The translations under genes were made by a program, and so were the position numbers. This document shows, one piece after another, positions 18,674 to 27,880 of a stretch of DNA of 64,000 nt (its first letter is position 1; every line of letters starts with the position of its first letter). Below the pieces are notes generated by a model that saw only the letters and a program-made list of their open reading frames with translations, made no database searches and was not told the DNA's origin. Source of the stretch: an uncultured Gemmatimonadaceae bacterium (GTDB taxonomy: Bacteria > Gemmatimonadota > Gemmatimonadetes > Gemmatimonadales > GWC2-71-9); NCBI GenBank assembly GCA_964613905.1, contig CAZTIV010000001.1:43923-107922 (forward strand). The letters are read 5' to 3'.

Positions 18674-19503
18674 GGGTCCGCTCCACCCCCAAGCACTTCA
18701 ATCCGCTCCCCTTCGTCGCGGAGGAGACTCCCGCGCCGATAGCCGTTCAGATCCAGAACGACCCGCGAGAATCCGAGCACCCTGAGACCGTTTACAACCC
18801 CGTCGCTGTGCATCCGGACCAGATGGACTTCAGCCGGATTCACCTCGATCCTCGCTTCGTCATCGCGATGGCGCAGCCTCAGGTCGCCCTTGATGCCGAA
18901 GCCTCTCAACAACGCTTCTCCCTCTTCCACCTGACGCAGGCGGGTGGGAGTAACGTGAAGTCCGTACAGAATGCGGCTTGCCAGACACGGAGCCGCCGGA
19001 GCGTCCCAGATCGGGATTCCCAATCCGCGCGCGGCGTCGCGGACCGCCTGCTTGCCCATACCGGCGTCCGCCAGCGGAGAAACGACCCGGAACTCCGAGG
19101 CCGCCCTCGATCCGGGACGATGTTCTGAGAGGTCGTCGGCATTGGTGCCATCGGCGACCGCCCCGAAGCCGCGCGTTGCCGCCAGATCCGTCAGGGTCAT
19201 CCACAGAGTCGCCTTGCAGAAGTAGCAGCGGTCCGGAGCGTTGGCCACATAGCCTGGAACCGACAACTCGTCGGTGGGCACCTCAAGCAGCGGAAAATCG
19301 AACTCCCGCGCTATACGTATTGCCTGCTCACGCTGAACCGCAGAGAGTGAGGGAGATATGCCGAGCGCCGTGAGCATACCGCGGCGCCCCAGAACGCTGC
19401 GCGCCACCACCGCGAGCAGCGCCGAATCCACGCCGCCGGAGTAACCGATGAGCAGCGAGGAATGTTGAGCGAGACGTTGCCTGAGCGCCGGGAGACCGGT
19501 CAT
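18658..19503 (-). CDS. PP-loop ATP pyrophosphatase, LarE-like (TIGR00268-type) sulfur transferase family
   Basis: PP-loop YSGGVDSALLA. Also CYFCK, DGTNADDLSEHRPG and PCLASR (the conserved Cys position of LarE). Overlaps thpR by 16 nt. Confidence 0.75.
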   Translation of the reverse strand: MTGLPALRQRLAQHSSLLIGYSGGVDSALLAVVARSVLGRRGMLTALGISPSLSAVQREQAIRIAREFDFPLLEVPTDELSVPGYVANAPDRCYFCKATLWMTLTDLAATRGFGAVADGTNADDLSEHRPGSRAASEFRVVSPLADAGMGKQAVRDAARGLGIPIWDAPAAPCLASRILYGLHVTPTRLRQVEEGEALLRGFGIKGDLRLRHRDDEARIEVNPAEVHLVRMHSDGVVNGLRVLGFSRVVLDLNGYRRGSLLRDEGERIEVLGGGADPCGRS

Positions 19504-19542
19504 GGAACTGCAATATACCACGGCGCCCCCTGACGCCGGACT

Positions 19543-19977
19543 CTACCGCAGATCGAACACGTAGCTGTGCAGATACTGGATCGTATCGGCCTGCTGCTCC
19601 ACCTGGAAAGCCAGGATGTCTCCGATGGTGACAACCCCCACCGGTTCCTGACCCTGCGTTACGGGCAGGTGACGGATGCGTTTCTGCGTCATTAGCCCCA
19701 TGCATTCCTCCACGGTCGCCTCGGGCCGGCAGCACAGCACCGGCTGGGTCATCACCTCCCGCACCGTGGTTGCGGCCGGATCCTTGCGCTCGGCCACAAC
19801 ACGGCGCATTACGTCCCGCTCAGTGAAGATTCCCACCATGCCGCCCTTGTCCGTTACCAGCACGCCGCCGATGCCGCGCTCGTTCATTAGTCGTGCCGCG
19901 TTCACCACGGACTCATCGGCCACCACCGATACTACGTCCGTGCCCTTGCGGGCCAGAATCTCCTGCACCGTAGCCAT
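19543..19977 (-). CDS. CBS domain pair protein
   Basis: 144 aa with two CBS repeats (GIGGVLVTD..., IRHLPVT...VGVVTIGDIL). Confidence 0.8.
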   Translation of the reverse strand: MATVQEILARKGTDVVSVVADESVVNAARLMNERGIGGVLVTDKGGMVGIFTERDVMRRVVAERKDPAATTVREVMTQPVLCCRPEATVEECMGLMTQKRIRHLPVTQGQEPVGVVTIGDILAFQVEQQADTIQYLHSYVFDLR

Positions 19978-20082
19978 GAAACCTCCCAGGTCATGCCCTT
20001 TCCGATACTACGACCAATCCCCCAGGCCCGCCAGAGTTGGCCAGCCCTCGGCCAGACCGGTACGACATCGTAACTTGAAGGT

Positions 20083-20676
20083 ATGCGTGCCTGGATCCTT
20101 CTACTGATCGCACTGGCCGTGGCCGGTCCGAGTCTGGCCTGCTCATCCACAGCCATCATTCCACCAACCACGGCGGCGGAACCACAACAGGTGTTCCTCC
20201 TGGACCACGGCCGCCACGCCAGCCTTGTGCTTCCAGCGGGCGACAGCGTCGTGGTGCGCTATTCGTATGGCGACTGGCGGTGGTATGCACAGCAGCGCGA
20301 AGGCGTATTCCGGGGCTCCACCGCGGTTCTGTGGCCCACCCGGGGCGCACTCGGCAGGCGAGAACTGGCCAGCGTACCGGACAGCGTTTCCGTCCGCAGG
20401 GCCGTGCGGGTGGGCATAGAGCACATGTACATGATTACGGTGGATGCCGGTGATGTACTGACGCTCCGCCGGGAACTGGACTCGCTGTTCGACGCCCATG
20501 CAGAGACCCGCATTTACAACTCCGCGTACGACCTGGAGTTCGTGCATCATCCAACACCGTACTGGCTGCTTCACAATTCGAATCAGGTAGTTGCCGCCTG
20601 GCTCAAACGACTAGGATGCACGGTGCGTGGGGGAGCGATGCTTTCGAATTGGAGGATCGTGAGACGGGAGCGGTGA
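20083..20676 (+). CDS. Hypothetical lipoprotein, DUF2459/TIGR02117-like
   Basis: Lipoprotein signal MRAWILLLIALAVAGPSLAC/SS. The HASLVLP...YSYGDWRWY segment resembles the DUF2459 family as I recall it. Confidence 0.5.
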   Translation: MRAWILLLIALAVAGPSLACSSTAIIPPTTAAEPQQVFLLDHGRHASLVLPAGDSVVVRYSYGDWRWYAQQREGVFRGSTAVLWPTRGALGRRELASVPDSVSVRRAVRVGIEHMYMITVDAGDVLTLRRELDSLFDAHAETRIYNSAYDLEFVHHPTPYWLLHNSNQVVAAWLKRLGCTVRGGAMLSNWRIVRRER

Positions 20677-20698
20677 GCGGGGAGCGGGGATAAATGCT

Positions 20699-22255
20699 TC
20701 ACAACGGCCGGTCCAGACTTCGGTATTGCACCGCCTCACTGACGTGCGCTGGTCCGATTTCCGTCTCCCCCGCCAGATCCGCTATGGTACGGGCAATCTT
20801 CAGGATCCTGTGATACGCACGGGCTGAGAGCCTGAGTCGGGCAATTGCGGTCTTGAGAAGAGCATCTGCAGTCTCCGTAACGCGGCAGTAGCGGCGAAGA
20901 TCCCGCGGGGCCATGTGAGCGTTGGCGAACAGGCCGGGCCTGCTCCGGAACCGTTCGAGCTGCCTTTCCCGGGCGCGGTTCACCCGTTCCCGGATCACGG
21001 CACTCGGCTCCCCTGACCGCTCCGTCGAAAGTTCGCGCGACGGTACTGCGGGCACCTCCACGTGGATGTCGATCCGGTCGAGCAGGGGTCCGGATACCCG
21101 CGCCATGTATCGCTCCACGCCGACCAGCCCGCACGTACAGGTACGTCCGGGGTCGCCGGCGTAACCACATGGACAGGGATTCATCGCTGCAGCAAGCATG
21201 AACCGCGCTGGATAGCAGAGCGACTGCGCGGCCCGCGAGATGGTCACGAACCCGTCCTCCAGCGGCTGACGGAGCACCTCCAGCACGTTCTTGCGGAATT
21301 CGGGAAGCTCATCCAGGAACAGGACACCTCCATGTGCCAGGCTTACCTCGCCCGGCCGGGGGTGGGACCCACCTCCGATCAGACCGGCATCGCTGATCGT
21401 GTGGTGCGGCGCACGAAACGGACGCCGGGTGACAAGCGCGGCGCCGGGTGGGAGGATCCCTGCTACGCTGTGGATCTTGGTGGTTTCCAGTGCTTCATCC
21501 AGCGTGACATCGGGCATGATTGTTGGCAGCCGCCGGGCGAGCATGGTTTTTCCCGAGCCCGGAGGGCCCACCATCATCACGTTGTGCGCGCCGGCTGCCG
21601 CCACTTCAAGTGCACGCTTGGCGTGCTCCTGCCCCCTCACTTCAGCGAAGTCAACGTCGTCATCCGTGTTGGTCCGGAAGGAGACGCCCGGATCAACATC
21701 CGAATGGGCAAGCGGCTCCCCGAGGGCAAAAAACGCAGCCACCTCCCCCAGCGACCGGGCTCCGAGCGTCTCTATCCCCTGCACCACCCCGGCCTCGGCC
21801 AGGTTGGCCATCGGGACGATCACTCCCTTGAGACCCGCTCGCTTGGCAGCAACCGCCACCGAGAGAACGCCCCGGATTGGCCGCAGGTCGCCCTCCAGTC
21901 CCAGTTCGCCCAGCACGACATAATCGTCGAATGCAAGCCGAGCGCCATTCGATGGCTGTCCCCCACCGTTGAGCTGCGCCGTCGCAGCAAGAATCCCGAG
22001 GGCGATCGGGAGGTCGAAGGCCGATCCCTGCTTGGGGATGTCCGCCGGGGCAAGATTCACTGTAACCTTGCGAAGCGGGAACAGAAAAGCGGAGTTGGCA
22101 ATTGCCGCGCAGACACGCTCCCGGCCCTCTTTCACCGCGCCCTGCGGCAGACCCACAGTGGAGAACGAGGGCAGTCCGTTTGTGATGTCGGTCTCGACGT
22201 CAACCAGGTAGGCGTCGATGCCGAGCACGGCGGCCGATCGGATGCGCGCGAGCAT
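20699..22255 (-). CDS. comM: YifB/ComM family Mg-chelatase-like AAA+ ATPase
   Basis: N-terminal Lon-protease-like domain (MLARIRSAAVLGIDAYLVDVE), Walker A GPPGSGKT, and GVLFLDELPEF. Confidence 0.9.
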   Translation of the reverse strand: MLARIRSAAVLGIDAYLVDVETDITNGLPSFSTVGLPQGAVKEGRERVCAAIANSAFLFPLRKVTVNLAPADIPKQGSAFDLPIALGILAATAQLNGGGQPSNGARLAFDDYVVLGELGLEGDLRPIRGVLSVAVAAKRAGLKGVIVPMANLAEAGVVQGIETLGARSLGEVAAFFALGEPLAHSDVDPGVSFRTNTDDDVDFAEVRGQEHAKRALEVAAAGAHNVMMVGPPGSGKTMLARRLPTIMPDVTLDEALETTKIHSVAGILPPGAALVTRRPFRAPHHTISDAGLIGGGSHPRPGEVSLAHGGVLFLDELPEFRKNVLEVLRQPLEDGFVTISRAAQSLCYPARFMLAAAMNPCPCGYAGDPGRTCTCGLVGVERYMARVSGPLLDRIDIHVEVPAVPSRELSTERSGEPSAVIRERVNRARERQLERFRSRPGLFANAHMAPRDLRRYCRVTETADALLKTAIARLRLSARAYHRILKIARTIADLAGETEIGPAHVSEAVQYRSLDRPL

Positions 22256-22370
22256 GGTCCACGGTAGGGCAAATCCGCGCCGGCGCGGTAACCGTACTTA
22301 CGCCGGCTGTATCATCAGAACGCAGTGAAAGCGCCGGCCATGCTAGTTTGCTGTATCACAGGAGGCATTG

Positions 22371-22820
22371 ATGAACCCGATCAGGCTTGCGCGGCGGCAC
22401 CCTGCCGCCCGTCTGCCCCTGCGCGCCACCAGCGGGTCCTTTGGCCACGATCTCGCAACCGTCGCGGAAGAACGTGTTGGCGGAAGGGAAACGCGCATTC
22501 TGCCGGTGGGATTTGCCCTGGCTCAGGATCTCGAGCACGACTCGCAGAGCGGCCTTGCCATGCTGATACTCCCGCGTTCAAGTCTCCCGCTCAGGCACGG
22601 ATTGATACTGCCCAACTCACCGGGCCTGATCGATGCCGATTACGCTGAACCGCTTGGTGTCATCGTGCATAATCTGCGTGATGAGCCGGTGACCCTGCCC
22701 GAGGGCACCCGCATAGCGCAGGCGGTGTTTGTGAGACTTGAATTCCCGGTGCTCGAGGAAACGGACGAATCGGATCCGGCAAGAAGAAGGGGTGGCTTCG
22801 GTTCAACCGGAACCCAGTAG
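22371..22820 (+). CDS. dut: dUTP diphosphatase
   Basis: dUTPase motifs PRSS, GLIDADY and RRGGFGSTG. AGGAGG RBS 6 nt upstream of ATG 22371; the track starts at TTG 22368. Confidence 0.88.
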   Translation: MNPIRLARRHPAARLPLRATSGSFGHDLATVAEERVGGRETRILPVGFALAQDLEHDSQSGLAMLILPRSSLPLRHGLILPNSPGLIDADYAEPLGVIVHNLRDEPVTLPEGTRIAQAVFVRLEFPVLEETDESDPARRRGGFGSTGTQ

Positions 22821-24824
22821 CGCCTCCACCGCACTTCTGAGTTCACCCAACTCGTATGGTTTCTGGAGGAACCCCGAGGCACCTGCCTCGAGCATGCGCT
22901 GCACTTCACCGCCGGGGCCGTAGCCGGACGACACCAGTATCCTGAGCGAAGGCAGATCCTCGCGCAGACGCCTCACCAGATCGACACCACCACCGGGCAT
23001 CACGACATCGAGGATCGCTACGTCAAAGGAGCTTCGCCCGCCGGTGAGTTCCTGCCACGCCTCATCCCCGTCGGCCGCCACCTGTACTTCGTAGCCGAAC
23101 TGCTGCAGGGCCCTGCGGGTCGTGTTGCGGATCAACTCCTCGTCGTCGGCCACCAGCACTCGACGCACTCCCGCGTCCCACAGCGTCGGGGTGGTGTCGA
23201 CAACTGCCGGGGTGTCTGCCGCAGGTATCAGCAGGTGGATGGCTGTCCCCTTCCCGGGAGCGCTGTCGATGGCCATGGACCCCCTGTGAGCCCGTACAAC
23301 CCAGAACACAGTGGCGAGCCCGAGTCCCGCGGCTTCGTACATCGGCCGCGTGCTGAAGAAAGGTTCGAACAGCCGTGCCCTCGTCTGATCGTCCATTCCG
23401 GCACCACGATCGATGACTGAGAACCGGACGTAACGGCCCGGTCCGGCCTCGACCCAACGCACATCACCTTCCACCACCTGCTCCTCCGCGGCGGCAAGGG
23501 TTATCACCGGATCCGCCTGGCCACCAACTGCGTTTCGCGCATTGAAGACCAGCTCCAGAAGGGCATGCGTCAGATGATCCGGGTCCGCGGCCACGGCCGG
23601 AGGTTTTCCCGCGGATACTTCGATCCGGACCCGCTGGTCTTCGAGCCTGGCAAGGGTCGCCACCGAATCCAGGATCGCGGACGGCGCTGTGGGCCGTGGC
23701 GCTACCTGTTGGTGCGGGGTGAAGCGCAGAAGGGACTTGGTGAGCTGCTCCCCACGGCGCGCCGCGTGGGCTATGGCATCGAGTTGGGCCTTCTGGGTTG
23801 GTTGACCCACTTCCTTGCGCAACAGCGTAGCCTGGTTGAGGATGCCTCCAAGCAGATTGTTGAACTGGTGTGCAAGTCCGGCCGCAAGCCGACCGATGGC
23901 CTCGATCCGCTGCAACTGGGCCTGCCGTTCAGCCAAGGCGCGCCGTTCAGTGAGATCCCGGATGCTTGCCTGCACCACCGGTCCTTCGGGCGTATCTACA
24001 TGGGAAAACGCCGCCTCGACCTCGATCAGGCTCCCGTCCGCAGTACGCAAACCCGCGGGCACGAGCGCCGGCTCCGTGTCTTTCTCGACAAGACAGTCCG
24101 CCAGTGACTGAACAGACTCTCCGGGAACCGGCTCTATCGCTAGAATCTCGCCCAGGTGTCTGCCGGTCAGCCGGTCCATGGAGTGACCCGTCAGTTCCAC
24201 GATTCGCGGGTTGCCGTCCCGGATCCTGCCGCCAGTGTCCAGTACCACCAGGGCATCCTCAGCCTCCTGAAACAGGACACGATACCTGGCTTCCGAAGCC
24301 GCCAGGCGGGTTCGTTCAAGGTCCTTGAGATGAGCGCCGGCAATGGAAACCAGCGCGGCCACGAACAGCGCGAAAGCTGCCTGAGGTACGGCCCGCTGCG
24401 ACGGAAAGACCTCGGCCGGCAGCGCCATGAAGGCGAGTACCGCGACCAGCCACACCACACTGGCGAGCGCCGATTGCCACCGCCATGACCATGGAGCAAA
24501 CAGCGCGCTCGCGAGAATCACCGCGGTCACTATGAGGCTCACAGACCAGACCATGGTGGGCCTGAGCAGCAGGACGGCAAGATTGGCCAGGACTACGGTG
24601 AGCGCCAGCGCCAGTACCAGCGAGCGCATCATCACCAACGGCCGTTTGGGGGACGCATACCAGGCTATCACGGCGGCCACCGCGGCCTCCAATCCACGCA
24701 CCAGCAGCATACTGCCCTCTGCCGAGCCACGAATGAGCGCGGGGAGCTCCCACGCGATCGCCGAGGCCGCGATCAGTACTGCTACGGTGCGGAGTGGGCG
24801 GGCGTAGGCTTCGGAACCTGTCAC
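22803..24824 (-). CDS. Hybrid sensor histidine kinase/response regulator with multi-TM N-terminus and PAS domain
   Basis: About 5-6 TM segments. PAS (RYRVLFQEAEDALVVLD), H-box LAAGLAHQFNNLL, HATPase (DRGAGM, GLGLA), and C-terminal REC (VLVADDEE...ILDVVMPGGG). GTG start in a GTGA overlap with the ABC exporter. Confidence 0.88.
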   Translation of the reverse strand: MTGSEAYARPLRTVAVLIAASAIAWELPALIRGSAEGSMLLVRGLEAAVAAVIAWYASPKRPLVMMRSLVLALALTVVLANLAVLLLRPTMVWSVSLIVTAVILASALFAPWSWRWQSALASVVWLVAVLAFMALPAEVFPSQRAVPQAAFALFVAALVSIAGAHLKDLERTRLAASEARYRVLFQEAEDALVVLDTGGRIRDGNPRIVELTGHSMDRLTGRHLGEILAIEPVPGESVQSLADCLVEKDTEPALVPAGLRTADGSLIEVEAAFSHVDTPEGPVVQASIRDLTERRALAERQAQLQRIEAIGRLAAGLAHQFNNLLGGILNQATLLRKEVGQPTQKAQLDAIAHAARRGEQLTKSLLRFTPHQQVAPRPTAPSAILDSVATLARLEDQRVRIEVSAGKPPAVAADPDHLTHALLELVFNARNAVGGQADPVITLAAAEEQVVEGDVRWVEAGPGRYVRFSVIDRGAGMDDQTRARLFEPFFSTRPMYEAAGLGLATVFWVVRAHRGSMAIDSAPGKGTAIHLLIPAADTPAVVDTTPTLWDAGVRRVLVADDEELIRNTTRRALQQFGYEVQVAADGDEAWQELTGGRSSFDVAILDVVMPGGGVDLVRRLREDLPSLRILVSSGYGPGGEVQRMLEAGASGFLQKPYELGELRSAVEALLGSG

Positions 24825-26761
24825 AGGTCGGCACGCAGCCTTCCGATGCGGTCGTTTGTCGCGACTATGGGCTCTTCCTCTTCCTGAACCGAGGGATCCT
24901 CTCCCGGGTTGATGAACAGGTCCTCGACAATTCCCTGCTGGCGATCGTGCAACTGACGATACCGGCCGTTCAGGGCCATCAGTTCCGCGTGGGTTCCACG
25001 CTCCACAATCTCGCCGTCGTCCAGTACGAGGATCTGATCCGCGCTGCGAATGGTGGACAGCCTATGCGCAATAACAAAAGTGGTCCGCCCGCGACGCAGC
25101 GAGCGGAGACCGTCCTGAATCATTGCCTCGCTTTCGCTGTCGAGGCTGGAGGTGGCCTCGTCCAGTATCAGGATTCGTGGATCCGCCAGGATGGCCCGCG
25201 CTATCGCTATGCGCTGCCGCTGCCCACCAGAGAGCTTCACCCCGCGTTCTCCCACAACAGCGTCATACCCGTCCGCGAAACGGTCCACGAACTCGTCGCA
25301 GTGCGCGATGCCCGCCGCGTACCGGATCTCATCGATGGCGGCGTGAGGCCGGGCGAAGGCGATGTTCTCCGCTATCGTGCCATCGAAGAGGAAATTCTCC
25401 TGAAGCACTACGCCCAGGACGCTCCGGTACTCCCGCAGCCGCAGGATTGCAAGATCGCGTCCGTCAACCAGAACGCGCCCGGATGATGGCTGATTGAACG
25501 CCATGACCAGCGATATGAGTGTACTCTTGCCGGACCCGCTGGGACCCACCAGCGCCGTGGTAGAACCCGCCGGCGCCACAAACGACACGCCCTTGAGCAC
25601 CGGAATGCCGGGATCGTAGGAGAAATGCACGTCCTCGAACACCAGGCTTCCCGCGACCTCACCCACCGGGGCGCGCTCCGCATCGTCCTTGTCCTCTGTG
25701 GCCATTTCCCTGAGCTCGCGGATGCGATCCAACCCGGCGAAGGCCTCCGTCACCTGAGTTCCGATTTCCGCCATTTCGATCAACGGAAAGGCCACAAGTC
25801 CGGTGAGCATCACGTAGAAGATCAATTCGCCGAGGGTCATCGCTTCGGCCAGTACTGCGCGCCCGCCCACGATAATCATCATGACGCCGATCAGTCCCAC
25901 TACGACGGTAGTGACGGCTGTGACTCCGGAAATCGCCGTAATCGTCTTCGCGATGTTGCGGAACAGACGGTGTGCCCCGCGGGCAAAGACCAGACGCTCG
26001 CCGCGCTCAGCTGTATAGGCCTTGACCACCCGAATCCCGCTTAGAGTCTCGGCCAGTCGCCCCGTCACCTCCGCATTGATCCTGCTGCGTTCGCGGAACA
26101 CAGGCCGCAACTTCCGGAACGCCAGGGCCATGACGGATGCGAACAGTCCCAGCATTACCAGGATGGTCAGCGTCAATCGCCAGTTGATCACGAACATCCA
26201 TCCCAGGGCGATCCCGGCCGTCACAAATCCGCCGGTAAGACGAACCAGCCCGGACCCCACGAGATTCCGCACCCCTTCGGCGTCGGTCATGATACGGGAA
26301 ATGAGAACGCCGGTCTTGGTGGAGTCGAAGAATCGCACCGGTAATCGCGCCACGTGGCGCTGTACCGTCTTCCTCATCTCCGTGATGGCACGCTGAGCGG
26401 CCACACCCAGCACCTGGGACAAGGCAAACGAGGAAATCGCCTGAATCAGCGTGGCTCCGCCGACGGCCAGGGCGAGTGGCATCAGCAGATCGTGGCGCGC
26501 CCTGCCGATGACGTCATCAATCAGGAACTTGGAGGACGCCGGCAGCACAAAGCCCGACAACCGGCTGACCAGCATCAGTACTGCTCCCAAAGCAAGGCGC
26601 CGCCGGTGCATCCATATCAACTCCCTTGCCTCCCGCCACGCGGAAGACAATGCCACCGGGCGCTTCGCTTCGTCGGTCACGGGGATAAGATAACCCCTGA
26701 TGGTTTGATGCGTTCTGACCGGCGGAAAAGTATCTTCCCCGGCGGGATGCCATCGGTTCAT
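24821..26761 (-). CDS. ABC exporter, fused permease/ATPase (MsbA/ABCB type)
   Basis: Six-TM domain followed by an NBD with Walker [10 protein letters not shown], signature LSGGQRQR and Walker B ILILDEATS. The start is uncertain (ATG 26761, GTG 26680, or ATG 26827, which would overlap the divergent gene). Confidence 0.88.
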   Translation of the reverse strand: MNRWHPAGEDTFPPVRTHQTIRGYLIPVTDEAKRPVALSSAWREARELIWMHRRRLALGAVLMLVSRLSGFVLPASSKFLIDDVIGRARHDLLMPLALAVGGATLIQAISSFALSQVLGVAAQRAITEMRKTVQRHVARLPVRFFDSTKTGVLISRIMTDAEGVRNLVGSGLVRLTGGFVTAGIALGWMFVINWRLTLTILVMLGLFASVMALAFRKLRPVFRERSRINAEVTGRLAETLSGIRVVKAYTAERGERLVFARGAHRLFRNIAKTITAISGVTAVTTVVVGLIGVMMIIVGGRAVLAEAMTLGELIFYVMLTGLVAFPLIEMAEIGTQVTEAFAGLDRIRELREMATEDKDDAERAPVGEVAGSLVFEDVHFSYDPGIPVLKGVSFVAPAGSTTALVGPSGSGKSTLISLVMAFNQPSSGRVLVDGRDLAILRLREYRSVLGVVLQENFLFDGTIAENIAFARPHAAIDEIRYAAGIAHCDEFVDRFADGYDAVVGERGVKLSGGQRQRIAIARAILADPRILILDEATSSLDSESEAMIQDGLRSLRRGRTTFVIAHRLSTIRSADQILVLDDGEIVERGTHAELMALNGRYRQLHDRQQGIVEDLFINPGEDPSVQEEEEPIVATNDRIGRLRADL

Positions 26762-26809
26762 CCATCTTTCACCGGTCCGGGCCTCAGACCGGGCCCATGG
26801 AGGAACACC

Positions 26810-27880
26810 ATGAGGAAGGCCCGCCACCTGCTACTGCCCGTAATTGCCCTGTTCTGCCTGCCTGGACCAGTTGCTGCTCAGCAGACACTGGAACTCGCAA
26901 ACGGCGATCGACTGACGGGACAGTTGCAGCAAATAGAGCCGGCCGGATGGATCTTTCGTTATGGAGGCGCGGATGTTCGCGTACCGGCCGCGCAGATAGC
27001 GGCCTACAGTTCGGGAACCCCAATAGGCATCCGGCTCACCGATGGAACTCTGGTTGCCGCGACCGTTTCCGCAGCGCCCGGAGGACTGGAACTCAGGAGC
27101 GTGGATGGGTCGGTTCGTATTGTGAAACCGGCGGCACTGGCGGCGATCGGTTCGGCCGACGACCTGGACGCCCTCCGGGAGGTGCGGATCGGGCTCTTTC
27201 AACCCTTCCATCGGTTCTGGGGCGCGAGTGGCGGCCTGGGTTACACCGACAAGAGCGGGAACAGCCGTGCTCGTGGGCTCGCCATAGCGCTGGACGTCGA
27301 AAGAAAGACGGCGAAGGACCGGATCAGCCTGGGAGCGGGCCTCAACACCGAATCGAGCCGGCCTCCCGGAGGCGAGTTCGAGACGACGGTCGAGAAGTAC
27401 TTCGGCTTCCTGCGTGGCGATGTCTTCGTATCACGGGCCCTGTTTGTCTTCGCGGAAACCCGCCAGGAACGAGACCGGTTCCAGGACATCCGGCTCCGCT
27501 CGACCTATAACGCCGGGCTCGGCGTTCAGGTGGTCGCCACCGACCGGACCGACATCCGCCTCTCGGCTTCCGGAGGTCTACGGATTGAGCGGTTCTTCGA
27601 GAACGACGGCAGCGAGACCGATGCCGTTGCGGTAATCGGTACCGGATTCCGGCAGGAGCTCGGGCCGGCGGCGTTTCAGTGGCGGACCAACTGGACCCCC
27701 AACCTTGACGATTTCTCCGATTACCGGTTCCGGTCGGATGCGACCCTGACCACCCGGGTTTACGCGGGGTTCGGAATAAGGGTGGGCCTCCTGAACGAGT
27801 ACAACAACGCCCCGCGCCCCGGCGTGCGAAACCACGACGTGCTGGTAACTACGGCCGTGACCTACTCGATAGGACGCTAG
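26810..27880 (+). CDS. DUF481-like outer-membrane protein with N-terminal extra domain
   Basis: GGAGGA RBS followed by ATG 26810. Signal peptide MRKARHLLLPVIALFCLPGPVAA/Q. The C-terminal beta-barrel-like part ends ...HDVLVTTAVTYSI, reminiscent of DUF481/YdiY. Confidence 0.55.
   Translation: MRKARHLLLPVIALFCLPGPVAAQQTLELANGDRLTGQLQQIEPAGWIFRYGGADVRVPAAQIAAYSSGTPIGIRLTDGTLVAATVSAAPGGLELRSVDGSVRIVKPAALAAIGSADDLDALREVRIGLFQPFHRFWGASGGLGYTDKSGNSRARGLAIALDVERKTAKDRISLGAGLNTESSRPPGGEFETTVEKYFGFLRGDVFVSRALFVFAETRQERDRFQDIRLRSTYNAGLGVQVVATDRTDIRLSASGGLRIERFFENDGSETDAVAVIGTGFRQELGPAAFQWRTNWTPNLDDFSDYRFRSDATLTTRVYAGFGIRVGLLNEYNNAPRPGVRNHDVLVTTAVTYSIGR

Noticed and set aside
22306-22358. 9-nt direct repeat GCTGTATCA (22306-22314 and 22350-22358) upstream of dut
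   Set aside because: The repeat is short, has only two copies, and its 44-nt spacing has no obvious phasing. It could easily arise by chance in the least GC-rich part of the intergenic region.
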